Below, in pieces: positions 31,399-40,818 of a stretch of 64,000 nucleotides of DNA (position 1 is the stretch's first letter; the number at the start of each line of letters is the position of its first letter). A program made the translations under genes and the position numbers. The DNA is from a virus (lineage: Duplodnaviria > Caudoviricetes). Below the pieces are notes generated by a model. That model searched no databases. It was given only the letters and a program-made list of their open reading frames with translations, and had not been told where the DNA came from. The stretch spans positions 64,001-128,000 of IMG/VR virus record IMGVR_UViG_2974778117_000001. One strand, given 5' to 3'.

Positions 31399-32888
31399 TG
31401 CAAAATGACATCATCATCCACTGGCGTGACCAACTCCGCTGCCGGATCGAGTGCAACCCTGGCGTAGCCTACGAGATGGCGGAGGAGTTCAGCTTCTTCG
31501 TGAATGGATACAAGTTCATGCCGCAGTACAAGGCTGGACGATGGGACGGAAAGATCCGGATGTTTGATGTCAAGACCAGAGGGTTCTACATCGGACTGCT
31601 GGAGCGTCTGTTTGATTGGACGGAGGAGCAAGGCTACACCATCGGCTTTGCTCACCCGGAAGACTTCAAGAATGAGGTCCAGTTTGAGGATGACCGCTTC
31701 CAGAAGATCCTGAAGATCGGCAAGTTCGATCCGAAGTGGTATCAGAAGGATGCTCTGCAAGCCGTTCTCGAGAACAACAAGCTGATCATTCTCTCCCCAA
31801 CCGGATCGGGTAAGTCGTTCATCATCTACCTGATCATTCGGTACATGCAGGAAGTTCTGGAATCGGACATTCTGATCACCGTTCCATCCAAGATGCTTGT
31901 CGAGCAGCTGTTCGCTGACTTTGACGACTACTCGGTGGATGGCTGGAGCGCTGAGGAGAATGTTCACAAGCTGTATGGCGGCAAGGACAAGATGGAAACC
32001 AAGCCGGTGACCATCTCGACTTGGCAGACAGCGGTGAAGATGCCCCAGTCGTGGTTCAACCGTTTCGGCACCTACATCTGTGACGAGGCTCATGGCGCGG
32101 ACGCGAAGTCGATCAGCGGTATCATCGACAAGCTGGCTCATGCTCCGATCCGAGTAGGCCTAACCGGAACGCTCGATGGAACCGTGATGCATCAGCTGGA
32201 CATGGAAGCCCGCTTCGGTAAGATCGTTCGAGTCGCATCGACCAAGCAGTTGATGGATGAAGGTGATCTGGCGGATCTGGACATTGACTGCATCCAGCTC
32301 AAGTACAAGAAGGAAGACGTTGACACGGTCAAGCACCTCAACTATCAACAGGAGGTTGACTTCATCGTGTCGCACGAGCGACGCAACAAGTTCCTAGCGG
32401 CTGTAGCGATGCAGACCAAGGGTAACACCTTGATGCTGTTCAACTACATCCAGCGCCACGGTGAGATCTTATATCGCATCCTGGAGCCGCTCTGCAAGGC
32501 GCAAGGCAAGACACTGTATTACATTCATGGACAGACTGACGTCGATGATCGCGAGAGAATCCGTCAGATCCTTGAGAAAGAGAACAACGCGATCCTGCTT
32601 GCATCTTTCGGCACCTTGTCTACCGGCGTGAACATCAAGAACCTGCACAACGTCATCTTCTGTCACCCGTACAAGGCGGTGATCAAGACCCTGCAGTCGA
32701 TTGGACGTACGCTTCGCTTGGCGGCTGGTAAAGATAAGGCAACTCTCATAGATATCGCGGATGATCTCTCTTATACTACCAAGGGTGGAGTGAAGAAACA
32801 GAACACGATTCTTCGCCACTTCCTGGAGCGACTCAAGGTGTATGTCACCGAACAGTTCAAGTACAAGATCATTCCGGTAAATCTATGA
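31398..32888 (+). CDS. uvsW: SF2 DNA helicase
   Basis: WDGKIR, SPTGSGKS, DEAH, GLTGT, STGVNI.NLH, LQSIGR.LR. Confidence 0.95.
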   Translation: MQNDIIIHWRDQLRCRIECNPGVAYEMAEEFSFFVNGYKFMPQYKAGRWDGKIRMFDVKTRGFYIGLLERLFDWTEEQGYTIGFAHPEDFKNEVQFEDDRFQKILKIGKFDPKWYQKDALQAVLENNKLIILSPTGSGKSFIIYLIIRYMQEVLESDILITVPSKMLVEQLFADFDDYSVDGWSAEENVHKLYGGKDKMETKPVTISTWQTAVKMPQSWFNRFGTYICDEAHGADAKSISGIIDKLAHAPIRVGLTGTLDGTVMHQLDMEARFGKIVRVASTKQLMDEGDLADLDIDCIQLKYKKEDVDTVKHLNYQQEVDFIVSHERRNKFLAAVAMQTKGNTLMLFNYIQRHGEILYRILEPLCKAQGKTLYYIHGQTDVDDRERIRQILEKENNAILLASFGTLSTGVNIKNLHNVIFCHPYKAVIKTLQSIGRTLRLAAGKDKATLIDIADDLSYTTKGGVKKQNTILRHFLERLKVYVTEQFKYKIIPVNL

Positions 32889-33310
32889 GCGAAAACGACA
32901 AGCCAACAGAGCAAGAACAGAAAGCGATACTTGCGGAATCGGGTAAAGCCTACCCGATCCGCATGATGCACTTCATGGACGGCACACTGATTGTAGGGTT
33001 TGTCATTTCAGTGCAACCTGACCATATCATGATGCTACATCCGTATGAACTCCGGGCGAACGTGTCGGAGGATGAAGAAGGTGATGAGAACATCACGCAG
33101 TACCAGCTCACACCTTACATGGATCAGCTGATCGAGAATGATCCCGAAACACTGGTACCCGTTCCATTCATGGTCTCAGCCACCGTATCACCGGCGATCA
33201 TCCCTTCAGCTCACGTCCGTCAGTTCTACATGACACACGTGCAGTTGAAGATCCGAGAGTCGATGATCGCTCGTGGCGTCACAATCACGAGACCAACAAC
33301 GCTTCACTGA
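32885..33310 (+). CDS. Conserved hypothetical protein upstream of gp55
   Basis: 141 aa, coupled to uvsW; ends TLH. Confidence 0.65.
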   Translation: MSENDKPTEQEQKAILAESGKAYPIRMMHFMDGTLIVGFVISVQPDHIMMLHPYELRANVSEDEEGDENITQYQLTPYMDQLIENDPETLVPVPFMVSATVSPAIIPSAHVRQFYMTHVQLKIRESMIARGVTITRPTTLH

Positions 33311-33318
33311 AAGAGGTT

Positions 33319-33794
33319 ATGATGACACAGAAAAGCAATCACTACGTTGATAAGCAAGTGCTATATGATGATCTGTGTGAGTGGCACTCAAGGAAAGAGG
33401 CAGCACTAGCGGCAGGACAGCCGGCACCACCACTTCCAAACAGCATCGGGGCAGTCATCCTCCGCCTAGCGGATGGCATGGTCAGTCGCCCCAACTTCCG
33501 GAATTACACCTGGGCAGACGAGATGCGCGGCGACGGCATCGAGGCGGCAGTCAAGGCAGCCAACAAGTTTGACCCCAAGCGCGTGAACAAGTCCGGCGAA
33601 GTCAATCCCTTTGGTTTCCTCTCACTGGTCGTCTGGCGCGCGTTGTTAGCCGCATCAAGTTTGAGAAGAAGATCAACAAAGCGAAGATGGACTCCATGAT
33701 GGACCCGACGACCGAGACATTCGATCAAGGTCAGGACGAGTACCAGATCGACAATGGAGGCATCAATCAGTTCTTCTACGAGAATCGTGCATGA
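33319..33794 (+). CDS. Late-transcription sigma factor gp55 (apparent deletion near 33643)
   Basis: HYVD, PNFRNYTW.DEM..DGIE, FDP, NPF; corrected frame WRAFVSRIKFEKK. Confidence 0.9.
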
Positions 33795-34852
33795 AGGTCG
33801 CCATGATCACGGACATCCACTTTGATGTCCGCAACGGCTCTCGCTACTTCCTTGACAAGTACGAGAAGTTCTTCCGGGAAGTGTTCTTCCCGACCCTCGA
33901 CCGAGAGGGAATCAAGACGGTCCTGCACCTGGGCGACAACTGGGAATACAGGACCAAGCTGAACGTCTACTCGATGAATCGCACCTTCAAGATGTTCTTT
34001 GATGAACTGGAGAAGCGAGACATCAAGCTGATCATGCTGAAAGGCAATCACGACGTTGTCTTCAAGAACACCAACGAGTACAACAGCGTTGACTTCTTGC
34101 AGAAGATGTATGCCAATGTCCACGTTGTCCAAGAGACCGAGACGATTGACTTTGACGGCTTCCCGATCAACTTCGTGTCGTGGGTCAACAATGAGAACCT
34201 TGACCGCTGCCTGAAGTTCATCAACGAATGCCCGCCTACTGTCCTCTGCGGTCACTTTGAGATCAAGTCGTTTGAGATGATCAAGGGTCAAGTCGCTACC
34301 CACGGATTTGACAAAGAGATCTTCCGCCGATTCGACAAGGTGTACTCCGGTCACTTCCACACGGTCAGCACCGACGGACGCATCTTCTACATCACGAACC
34401 CGTTCCAGACCAACTGGTCCGACTACTCGCTTGACAAGGGTTTCCGAATCTTCGACACCGCAAATCAGGACTTGCAATTCATTCCAAATCCGTTTGACGT
34501 GTATGACAAGATCGCGTATACTGACGACATAGACCTCATGGAGTTCGACTACGAGTCGTTCCGGGACAAGATCGTCCGAGTCTATATCGAGTCTTATGCG
34601 AAGACCAATCAGGCTAAGCTGAGTCTCTTCCTGGAGAAGATCCAGAATGTGACGTACTCTTGCGACTTGCAGGAGATTGACGACACAGTCTATGTGAACG
34701 AGAACGGAAACATCGAGTTCGTGGATACGACTCAGATGATCGAGACATACATCCGTGACGTCGTTCAGAACCCCAACATCGACAATGACAAGCTTCTAGG
34801 CAAGTTCATGGATATGTTCCATGAAGCCCGGAATCTGGTGGAGACAGAATGA
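33791..34852 (+). CDS. Recombination nuclease gp47 (Mre11/SbcD-like)
   Basis: TDIHF, HLGD, GNHD, GHFE, SGHFH. Confidence 0.95.
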   Translation: MKVAMITDIHFDVRNGSRYFLDKYEKFFREVFFPTLDREGIKTVLHLGDNWEYRTKLNVYSMNRTFKMFFDELEKRDIKLIMLKGNHDVVFKNTNEYNSVDFLQKMYANVHVVQETETIDFDGFPINFVSWVNNENLDRCLKFINECPPTVLCGHFEIKSFEMIKGQVATHGFDKEIFRRFDKVYSGHFHTVSTDGRIFYITNPFQTNWSDYSLDKGFRIFDTANQDLQFIPNPFDVYDKIAYTDDIDLMEFDYESFRDKIVRVYIESYAKTNQAKLSLFLEKIQNVTYSCDLQEIDDTVYVNENGNIEFVDTTQMIETYIRDVVQNPNIDNDKLLGKFMDMFHEARNLVETE

Positions 34853-36573
34853 GTAGGATCGTATTCCGTAAGGTGCGCTGGAAGAACATCATGTCCTACG
34901 GGAACATGTGGACGGAGATCTATTTGGATCGCAATCCGTCCACCATGATCCTTGGCACGAACGGCGCAGGCAAGTCGACATTCACGGACGTGCTGATGTT
35001 CGGTATGTTCGGTAAGCCATTCCGCAAGATCAAGAAGGGACAGCTGATCAACACCAAGAACGGCAGAGATGCCGTGGTCGAGATCTACTTCGACTGTGAT
35101 GGTGACGAGTACCTGATCAGACGAGGCATGAAGCCGGACATCTTTGAGGTCATCAAGAACGGCGAGCTGCTCAACCAAGAGGCATCCAGCCGAGACTATC
35201 AGAAGATCCTGGAGAACACGATCCTCAAGATGGACTACGAGTCGGCTTGTCAGATCGTGTGTGTCGGCAAGGCACAGCACCAGCCGTTCATGCAGCTGGA
35301 CAGTTCCAAGCGACGCAAGTTTGTGGAGGTGATCCTCAATCTGGTTGTTTTCTCGAACATGTCGAAGCTGCACTACAATCAGACATACGAGATCAAGAAC
35401 AAACTGCAAGACCTTCGCTCCGCGGTTACGGTGTCGAAGGAGAAGGTCAAGATCCGCCAGCGATACATTGACGATCTGGAGTCTGCGGATCGCCAGAATC
35501 AGATGGAAGAGCTGGAGCGAATCGAGGTTCAGCTGGTCAAGCTCCGAGGTCAGATTGACGAGATCAATAGGCGTCGGACCGAACTGGGCGAAGCGAACCC
35601 GATTGACGACAAGGCGATGGAGAAAGCCAAGTCGGACCTTCAGCAGCACATCCGCTTGCTCACGCAGATGGACACGAAGATCGGAGAGATCAGCAAGCAG
35701 CTCAAGTCTCTGAACGAGAACACCAACTGCTACGCTTGTCATCAGCCGCTTGACCCGATCAAGATTGACAGCCAGAAGGACGAGCTGCAGGCAAAGTCGA
35801 TCCAGCTGGAAGGTGCCAAGTCTGACCTATCCGAGCAGATTAAGAAACTGGAACGAATTGTCGATGACTTCCAGCGTGAGTATCAGGTATACTACGAACA
35901 TAGATCGAAGCTGTCCGACTTGGACTCAGAGGCACGCTCGATCCGGAATCGTATTGCAGACCTGGAGGAAGAGAAGTCACGTGAGCGTACAAGCAACGCT
36001 GAGAAGATCCAGGAAGCAAAGGCAGAGCTGGCGGGGATGGAAGACATCTACATCCGACTTGCCGACAAGCTCCAAGAGGTGCAGGAACGCGCCGACTACT
36101 TGCAGGTGATCGGAACCATCCTGCAAGACAAGGGCATCAAGTCAATGATGATCAAGCGTTTCGTTCCGATCATCAACGCGACCGTCAACAAGCATCTCGC
36201 CCACCTTGGGCTATTCGCCAAGTTCAGTCTTGACGAGAACTTTGACGAGACTATCCAGTCGCGTGGATTCGACACTCTCGGTTACAACAGCTTCAGCGAA
36301 GGCGAGAAGCTGCGAATGGATATGGCTCTGCTGATGGCGTGGCGTGATATCGCCAAGATGCAGGGTAACGTATCAACCAATCTCCTTGTCTTTGACGAGG
36401 TGTTTGACTCCAGCCTTGATGGAAACGGGGCTGAGGCGCTTGCAGAGATGCTGACACAGATGGAAGGCCTGAACGTGTTCATCATCACTCACGCGCCAGA
36501 GAAGATCATGGATAAGGTCCGATCAGTGATTCGGATTGATCGAGTAGACGGATACAGCAAGTTGGTTTCTTGA
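34849..36573 (+). CDS. Recombination ATPase gp46 (Rad50/SbcC-like)
   Basis: GTNGAGKST, CYAC zinc hook, FSEGEK, FDEVFDSSLD, IITH. Confidence 0.96.
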   Translation: MSRIVFRKVRWKNIMSYGNMWTEIYLDRNPSTMILGTNGAGKSTFTDVLMFGMFGKPFRKIKKGQLINTKNGRDAVVEIYFDCDGDEYLIRRGMKPDIFEVIKNGELLNQEASSRDYQKILENTILKMDYESACQIVCVGKAQHQPFMQLDSSKRRKFVEVILNLVVFSNMSKLHYNQTYEIKNKLQDLRSAVTVSKEKVKIRQRYIDDLESADRQNQMEELERIEVQLVKLRGQIDEINRRRTELGEANPIDDKAMEKAKSDLQQHIRLLTQMDTKIGEISKQLKSLNENTNCYACHQPLDPIKIDSQKDELQAKSIQLEGAKSDLSEQIKKLERIVDDFQREYQVYYEHRSKLSDLDSEARSIRNRIADLEEEKSRERTSNAEKIQEAKAELAGMEDIYIRLADKLQEVQERADYLQVIGTILQDKGIKSMMIKRFVPIINATVNKHLAHLGLFAKFSLDENFDETIQSRGFDTLGYNSFSEGEKLRMDMALLMAWRDIAKMQGNVSTNLLVFDEVFDSSLDGNGAEALAEMLTQMEGLNVFIITHAPEKIMDKVRSVIRIDRVDGYSKLVS

Positions 36574-36646
36574 CACAGTATCTAGATTCCCTTGGGTTAT
36601 GAGCCCAACACCATTACAATCATTGTTCGTTAAACAGGAGTACATA

Positions 36647-37299
36647 ATGCTTCAGAATGCAACCATCGAAACCCTCGAGAATTTCGCATCGATCAACAAG
36701 GGTCTCGTCTTCAAGCCGGGCAATCGCCTGCGTACCGTCTCGATCCTGAAGAACGTGTTCGCAGTTGCCGAGGTGCCCGACACCTTTGACCGTGAGTTTG
36801 CGATCTACGATCTGAACGAGTTCCTGGCGGTGCTGAGTCTGCTGAACAAGCCGGCGCTGGACTTCAAGGACGAGTACGTGCTGATCACCGACGGCAAGTC
36901 GAAGATCAAGTACTTCTACTCGAGCCCGGCAGTCGTGCAGGCACCGCCGGACAAGGACATTGTCCTGACCGATCCGGAACTGACCCTGACCCTGACCAAG
37001 GATGACCTGACCCGCATCAGCAAGGCATCGGCAGCACTGAAGCTGACCGTCCTGAGCCTGTCGCAGGGTAAGGTGGTCGCCGCTGATCCGACTGCATCGA
37101 GCAAGGACGCAGCAACAGCCTGAACATCGAAGTCGAGACCTCGGGTGAAAGCGACAACGTGCGCGCCATCAAGATCGAGAACATGAAGATGATCCCGGGC
37201 GACTACTCGGTGTCGGTGTTCGAGCGCGCAGTGGAGTTCAAGAACAAGGACCGCGAGGGTTTGGTCTACATCGTCGCAGTCGAACAGGAGAAGAAGTAA
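36647..37299 (+). CDS. Sliding clamp gp45 (apparent deletion near 37108)
   Basis: L.NFASIN, FAIYDLNEFL; corrected tail KIENMKMIPGDY.V...YIVAVE. Confidence 0.92.
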
Positions 37300-37757
37300 T
37301 GCAGGAGCGTTACGACACCTTCGCCGAAATCGCCGACGCCGCCTTCGGTTCCATCCTTGACTTTGTCGAATCTGACAAGGCCAAGGAAGTTCGGAAGTAT
37401 CTCCCCAGGGGTCAGTTCGTCCGTGATTACGCTACTCTGAGACTGAACCTCGGTCGGCAGACCGGCAAGACCGAGTGGATCGTTAACAACGCAGCCCGGT
37501 CAGACATCGTCATCGTCGCCACCCAGGCGCAGGTGGAAGAGCTGACCCAGCGATTCAAGGAAAAGGACTATCCGGTTCCGTACATCTTGAAGGCTGAGTC
37601 GGTGCAGTATCGGTTCCGTGGTCAGCGCGATCTGGACAAGATCGGCGAGACGATCTTTGTGGATGACGCCTCGTATCTGGATCAGGCGAAGCTGAATGCC
37701 GCGATCAACGAGATTGCGATCCACATCAAGCCGGACCACATCGTTTTCCTGGGCTAA
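37299..37757 (+). CDS. Small P-loop NTPase-like protein
   Basis: GRQTGKT (Walker A-like) and IFVDD (Walker B-like) in 152 aa. Confidence 0.55.
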   Translation: MQERYDTFAEIADAAFGSILDFVESDKAKEVRKYLPRGQFVRDYATLRLNLGRQTGKTEWIVNNAARSDIVIVATQAQVEELTQRFKEKDYPVPYILKAESVQYRFRGQRDLDKIGETIFVDDASYLDQAKLNAAINEIAIHIKPDHIVFLG

Positions 37758-37773
37758 GCAATAGGAGTTTGTA

Positions 37774-38712
37774 ATGAGTACTGAACAGTATCTGTGGAAT
37801 GAAGCCTTCCGTCCTCACAAGGTGGCAGATTGTATTCTGCCACCGGAGATGAAAAAGTACTTCCAGCAACTGGTGGACGCCAAGAATCTGGATCACATGA
37901 CTCTGGTCGGTGGTCCGGGTACTGGCAAGACGACCGTTGCGCGGGCGATGTGTGAAGAGCTGGACATTGACTACATCGTCATCAACGCATCGGAAGAAGG
38001 TAACATTGACACAGTGCGAACCAAGGTGCGTCAGTTCGCGTCCACGGTTTCACTGATGGACGGACACAAGGCGATCATCCTGGACGAGGCGGATTACCTC
38101 ACCCCGACAGCACAGGCGGCACTCCGCGGTGCGATTGAAGAGTTCAGCGCCAACTGTCGTTTCATCTTCACCGGCAACTACGCCAACAAGATCATCGACG
38201 CGATCAAGTCCCGAGCTCCGGTCGTGGAGTTCAAGATCGACAAGTCGGATCGACAGCAGCTGATGATCCAGTTCCTGACCCGCGTTGAGGAAGTCCTGAA
38301 AGACAAGGGCATCCTGTATTCGGTGGAAGAGCTGGTTCAGGTCGTCAAGAAGAACTTCCCAGATTACCGCAAGACGTGGAACCTGCTGCAGCGCTATTGC
38401 GCGACTGGCGAGTTGAAGATCAACAGCCAGCAGGGCATCACCGAAGCGACGCTGAAGGAGCTGACCACGCTGCTGAAGGAAAGCAACTTCACCGAGATGC
38501 GGAAGTGGATTGTCGACAACCTTGACAATGACGGTGCAGCTCTTCGACGTGCGATCTACGACAAGGTCAGCCTTGAGATGAAGAAGGCGAGCATCCCCAA
38601 TCTGGTCCTGATCCTTGCGGAGTATGATTACAAGGAAGCATTCGTGGTCGACAAAGAGATCAACATGGTGGCCTGCTTGACGACCATCATGACGGAATGC
38701 AACTTCGAGTAA
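37774..38712 (+). CDS. Clamp loader large subunit gp44
   Basis: GPGTGKTT, IN.S, ILDEADYL, Q.ALR..IE.FS.NCRFI. Confidence 0.96.
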   Translation: MSTEQYLWNEAFRPHKVADCILPPEMKKYFQQLVDAKNLDHMTLVGGPGTGKTTVARAMCEELDIDYIVINASEEGNIDTVRTKVRQFASTVSLMDGHKAIILDEADYLTPTAQAALRGAIEEFSANCRFIFTGNYANKIIDAIKSRAPVVEFKIDKSDRQQLMIQFLTRVEEVLKDKGILYSVEELVQVVKKNFPDYRKTWNLLQRYCATGELKINSQQGITEATLKELTTLLKESNFTEMRKWIVDNLDNDGAALRRAIYDKVSLEMKKASIPNLVLILAEYDYKEAFVVDKEINMVACLTTIMTECNFE

Positions 38713-38732
38713 TTACAAGTGAGGGATTGGTT

Positions 38733-39122
38733 ATGGCAGAGAAATTGTCGCCTTTTGAGATCACAGGGAACCTGAACGAGAAGAAGGGACACCTGGATGT
38801 CAGCGAAGTCGGTTATGATGCGTTTGTCATCAATCGCGTGATGTCTAACACCATTGACACGGTGCTGTTTGCCAACGAGATGAATCGTTGCTGGGGCGCT
38901 GAAAAGCAATGGCAGTATGACTTCTACTACTATGGTCTTCCGAAGAAGAAGCGCTACGGGAAGTGGCACAAGCTGACCGAAGAGAAGGACGCGATCAAAC
39001 TCATTCAAGCCCGGTTCGGATACAGCCACAACAAGGCTAAGGATGTACTTGACATCCTCCGACCACACCTCCCTCAGATCGAACAAGAACTGAAAACAGG
39101 TGGACGCAATGGAAAGAAGTGA
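38733..39122 (+). CDS. Clamp loader small subunit gp62
   Basis: Y..F.INR, DTVLFANEMN, KKRYGKW, YS..KA. Confidence 0.9.
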   Translation: MAEKLSPFEITGNLNEKKGHLDVSEVGYDAFVINRVMSNTIDTVLFANEMNRCWGAEKQWQYDFYYYGLPKKKRYGKWHKLTEEKDAIKLIQARFGYSHNKAKDVLDILRPHLPQIEQELKTGGRNGKK

Positions 39123-39528
39123 TGTGATGGATGAGTTTTTCGAGATCGAGGCCTTGGACCGGGACCAGTTCCTGAAGGTCCGCGAGACCTTGACTCGGAT
39201 CGGTATCAGCACCAAGCGAACCGATGAAAATGGCAAGCAGACCTTGTGGCAGACATGCCACGTTCTGCATAAGCGTGGACGGTACTACATTTGCCACTTC
39301 AAGCAAATGTTCCTGTTGGACGGTCGCACCAAGTCGACAGACTTCACTGATGAAGACTACGACCGGACCGAGTACATCGTGGCGCTGCTGCAGGATTGGG
39401 GTCTGGTAAAGGCTCTTGATGAAGTGATCAAGCCACCGACCAATGTCATGGTGGTCAAGCACTCCGACAAGGGGAATTGGAATCTGAGATGCAAGTACAC
39501 AATTGGAGCTAACAATGGCAAAGCGTAA
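39109..39528 (+). CDS. regA: Translational repressor
   Basis: FLKVRETLTRIGI, L.Q.CH.LHK.G.YYI.HFK.MF.LDG, W.L..KY.IG. Confidence 0.95.
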   Translation: MERSDVMDEFFEIEALDRDQFLKVRETLTRIGISTKRTDENGKQTLWQTCHVLHKRGRYYICHFKQMFLLDGRTKSTDFTDEDYDRTEYIVALLQDWGLVKALDEVIKPPTNVMVVKHSDKGNWNLRCKYTIGANNGKA

Positions 39529-40138
39529 GACTGAAGAGAACACCGTCGTAGATCAGAAGGGTCCGGATCTGGGCGAACTGGTGATGAAGAGCCCAGCTGA
39601 AATCCTGCCCGGTGAATCGCCCGTGACCCTGGGTTTCCTGACCGAAGGTGATGCGCCGGTTCCGACCTACGCATCGGCTGAAGCATCCGGCATGGATCTG
39701 GCAGCGTATCTGGTAGAGGGTGGCACGGTTCGCGTTCATGACAGCGCCAACAACGAAACCCAGCGAGCCATCCGCGGACTGAATGGCGAAGCCCGTCATG
39801 TCCTGCTGGAACCGTTTGACCGTGCACTGATCCCGACCGGTGTCAAGGCACAGATCCCGCACGGTTATGCACTGGCGATTCGTCCGCGTTCCGGAACCAG
39901 TTTCAAGAAGGGTTTGGGCCTGACCAATTCGGTTGCGACCATCGACAGCGATTACACGGGTGAGCTGTTCGTCAGCATCATCAACCTGTCGGGTGCGCGT
40001 GTCAAGATCGAAGACGGTGAGCGTATCGCTCAGATCCTGGTCGAGAAGGTGTATCGCTTGGACGTGACCAAGCTGGAAGCGATCACCAAGGAGACCGAGC
40101 GCGGCGAGGGTGGTTTCGGTTCGACTGGCACGAAGTGA
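39515..40138 (+). CDS. dut: Trimeric dUTPase
   Basis: ASGMDL, IPTG, RPRSG, TIDSDY.GE, RIAQ, ERGEGGFGSTG. Confidence 0.95.
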   Translation: MAKRKTEENTVVDQKGPDLGELVMKSPAEILPGESPVTLGFLTEGDAPVPTYASAEASGMDLAAYLVEGGTVRVHDSANNETQRAIRGLNGEARHVLLEPFDRALIPTGVKAQIPHGYALAIRPRSGTSFKKGLGLTNSVATIDSDYTGELFVSIINLSGARVKIEDGERIAQILVEKVYRLDVTKLEAITKETERGEGGFGSTGTK

Positions 40139-40149
40139 GGGAGTAGTAC

Positions 40150-40416
40150 ATGATCAAGATTGCATTCACGTCTCAGGGTCAGATCATTGGCGATTGGGAA
40201 GAGCTGGAAGATGCTCTGGAGGTCGAGAACCCGGCGATCATCAACGTGACACCGCAAGGCGTCCAGTTGGTTCCGCTGCTGATCATCACTGAGTCGAATC
40301 GCATTCAGGTGAACTACACAGACATCCTGGGTGGCGCGCTAGTCGAGCCGGTTCCCCAGATGCGGAACGTATACAACGAGCAGTTCGGTAGCGGCATTCA
40401 GCTGCTGACCAAGTAA
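40150..40416 (+). CDS. Conserved hypothetical protein
   Basis: 88 aa ending YNEQFGSGIQL, a small-ORF type seen before gp43 in T4-like phages. Confidence 0.7.
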   Translation: MIKIAFTSQGQIIGDWEELEDALEVENPAIINVTPQGVQLVPLLIITESNRIQVNYTDILGGALVEPVPQMRNVYNEQFGSGIQLLTK

Positions 40417-40427
40417 GGGGCAAAAAG

Positions 40428-40450
40428 AGAGCCGGGATCAACCCGGCTCT
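40428..40450. terminator. Stem-loop between convergent genes
   Basis: AGAGCCGGG-ATCAA-CCCGGCTCT. Confidence 0.6.
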
Positions 40451-40730
40451 TGCCTTGTGACTGCGGACTCTGATCCGCCATATTTTGATGCGATGAAACT
40501 TGTTAGTACTTGCGCTGATGCTACTACTGCTAGGTAGATCAGCCAGATGAACTCCAATCCAGCAGAGCCTGGAGCGGCTGCATTGATTCCGAGGAACGCC
40601 ACAGTGGCTACAAAGTATGCGATTGACGACCAGAACTTGTTCGGCGAGACCTTACCGTCCGATCCGAGGAAGAGCGTAGTTAGATCTACTTCGTCAAAGC
40701 TTTGAATAAGAAGCCGGCAAGTATTAACAT
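40438..40730 (-). CDS. Small membrane protein, holin candidate (apparent deletion near 40689)
   Basis: Corrected MLILAGFLFKALTKVDL...KFWSSIAYFVATVAFLGI...FIWLIYLAVVASAQV with 2-3 hydrophobic segments; minus-strand TAAATA at 40925. Confidence 0.5.
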
Positions 40731-40818
40731 AAAGACTGCGGAGAACAATGTCCCGGCTACCGGGATCAGGTTCTCTAGAAGCAGTCTTAGCAGCTCTACT
40801 GATTGAGAAGGAGATGGC

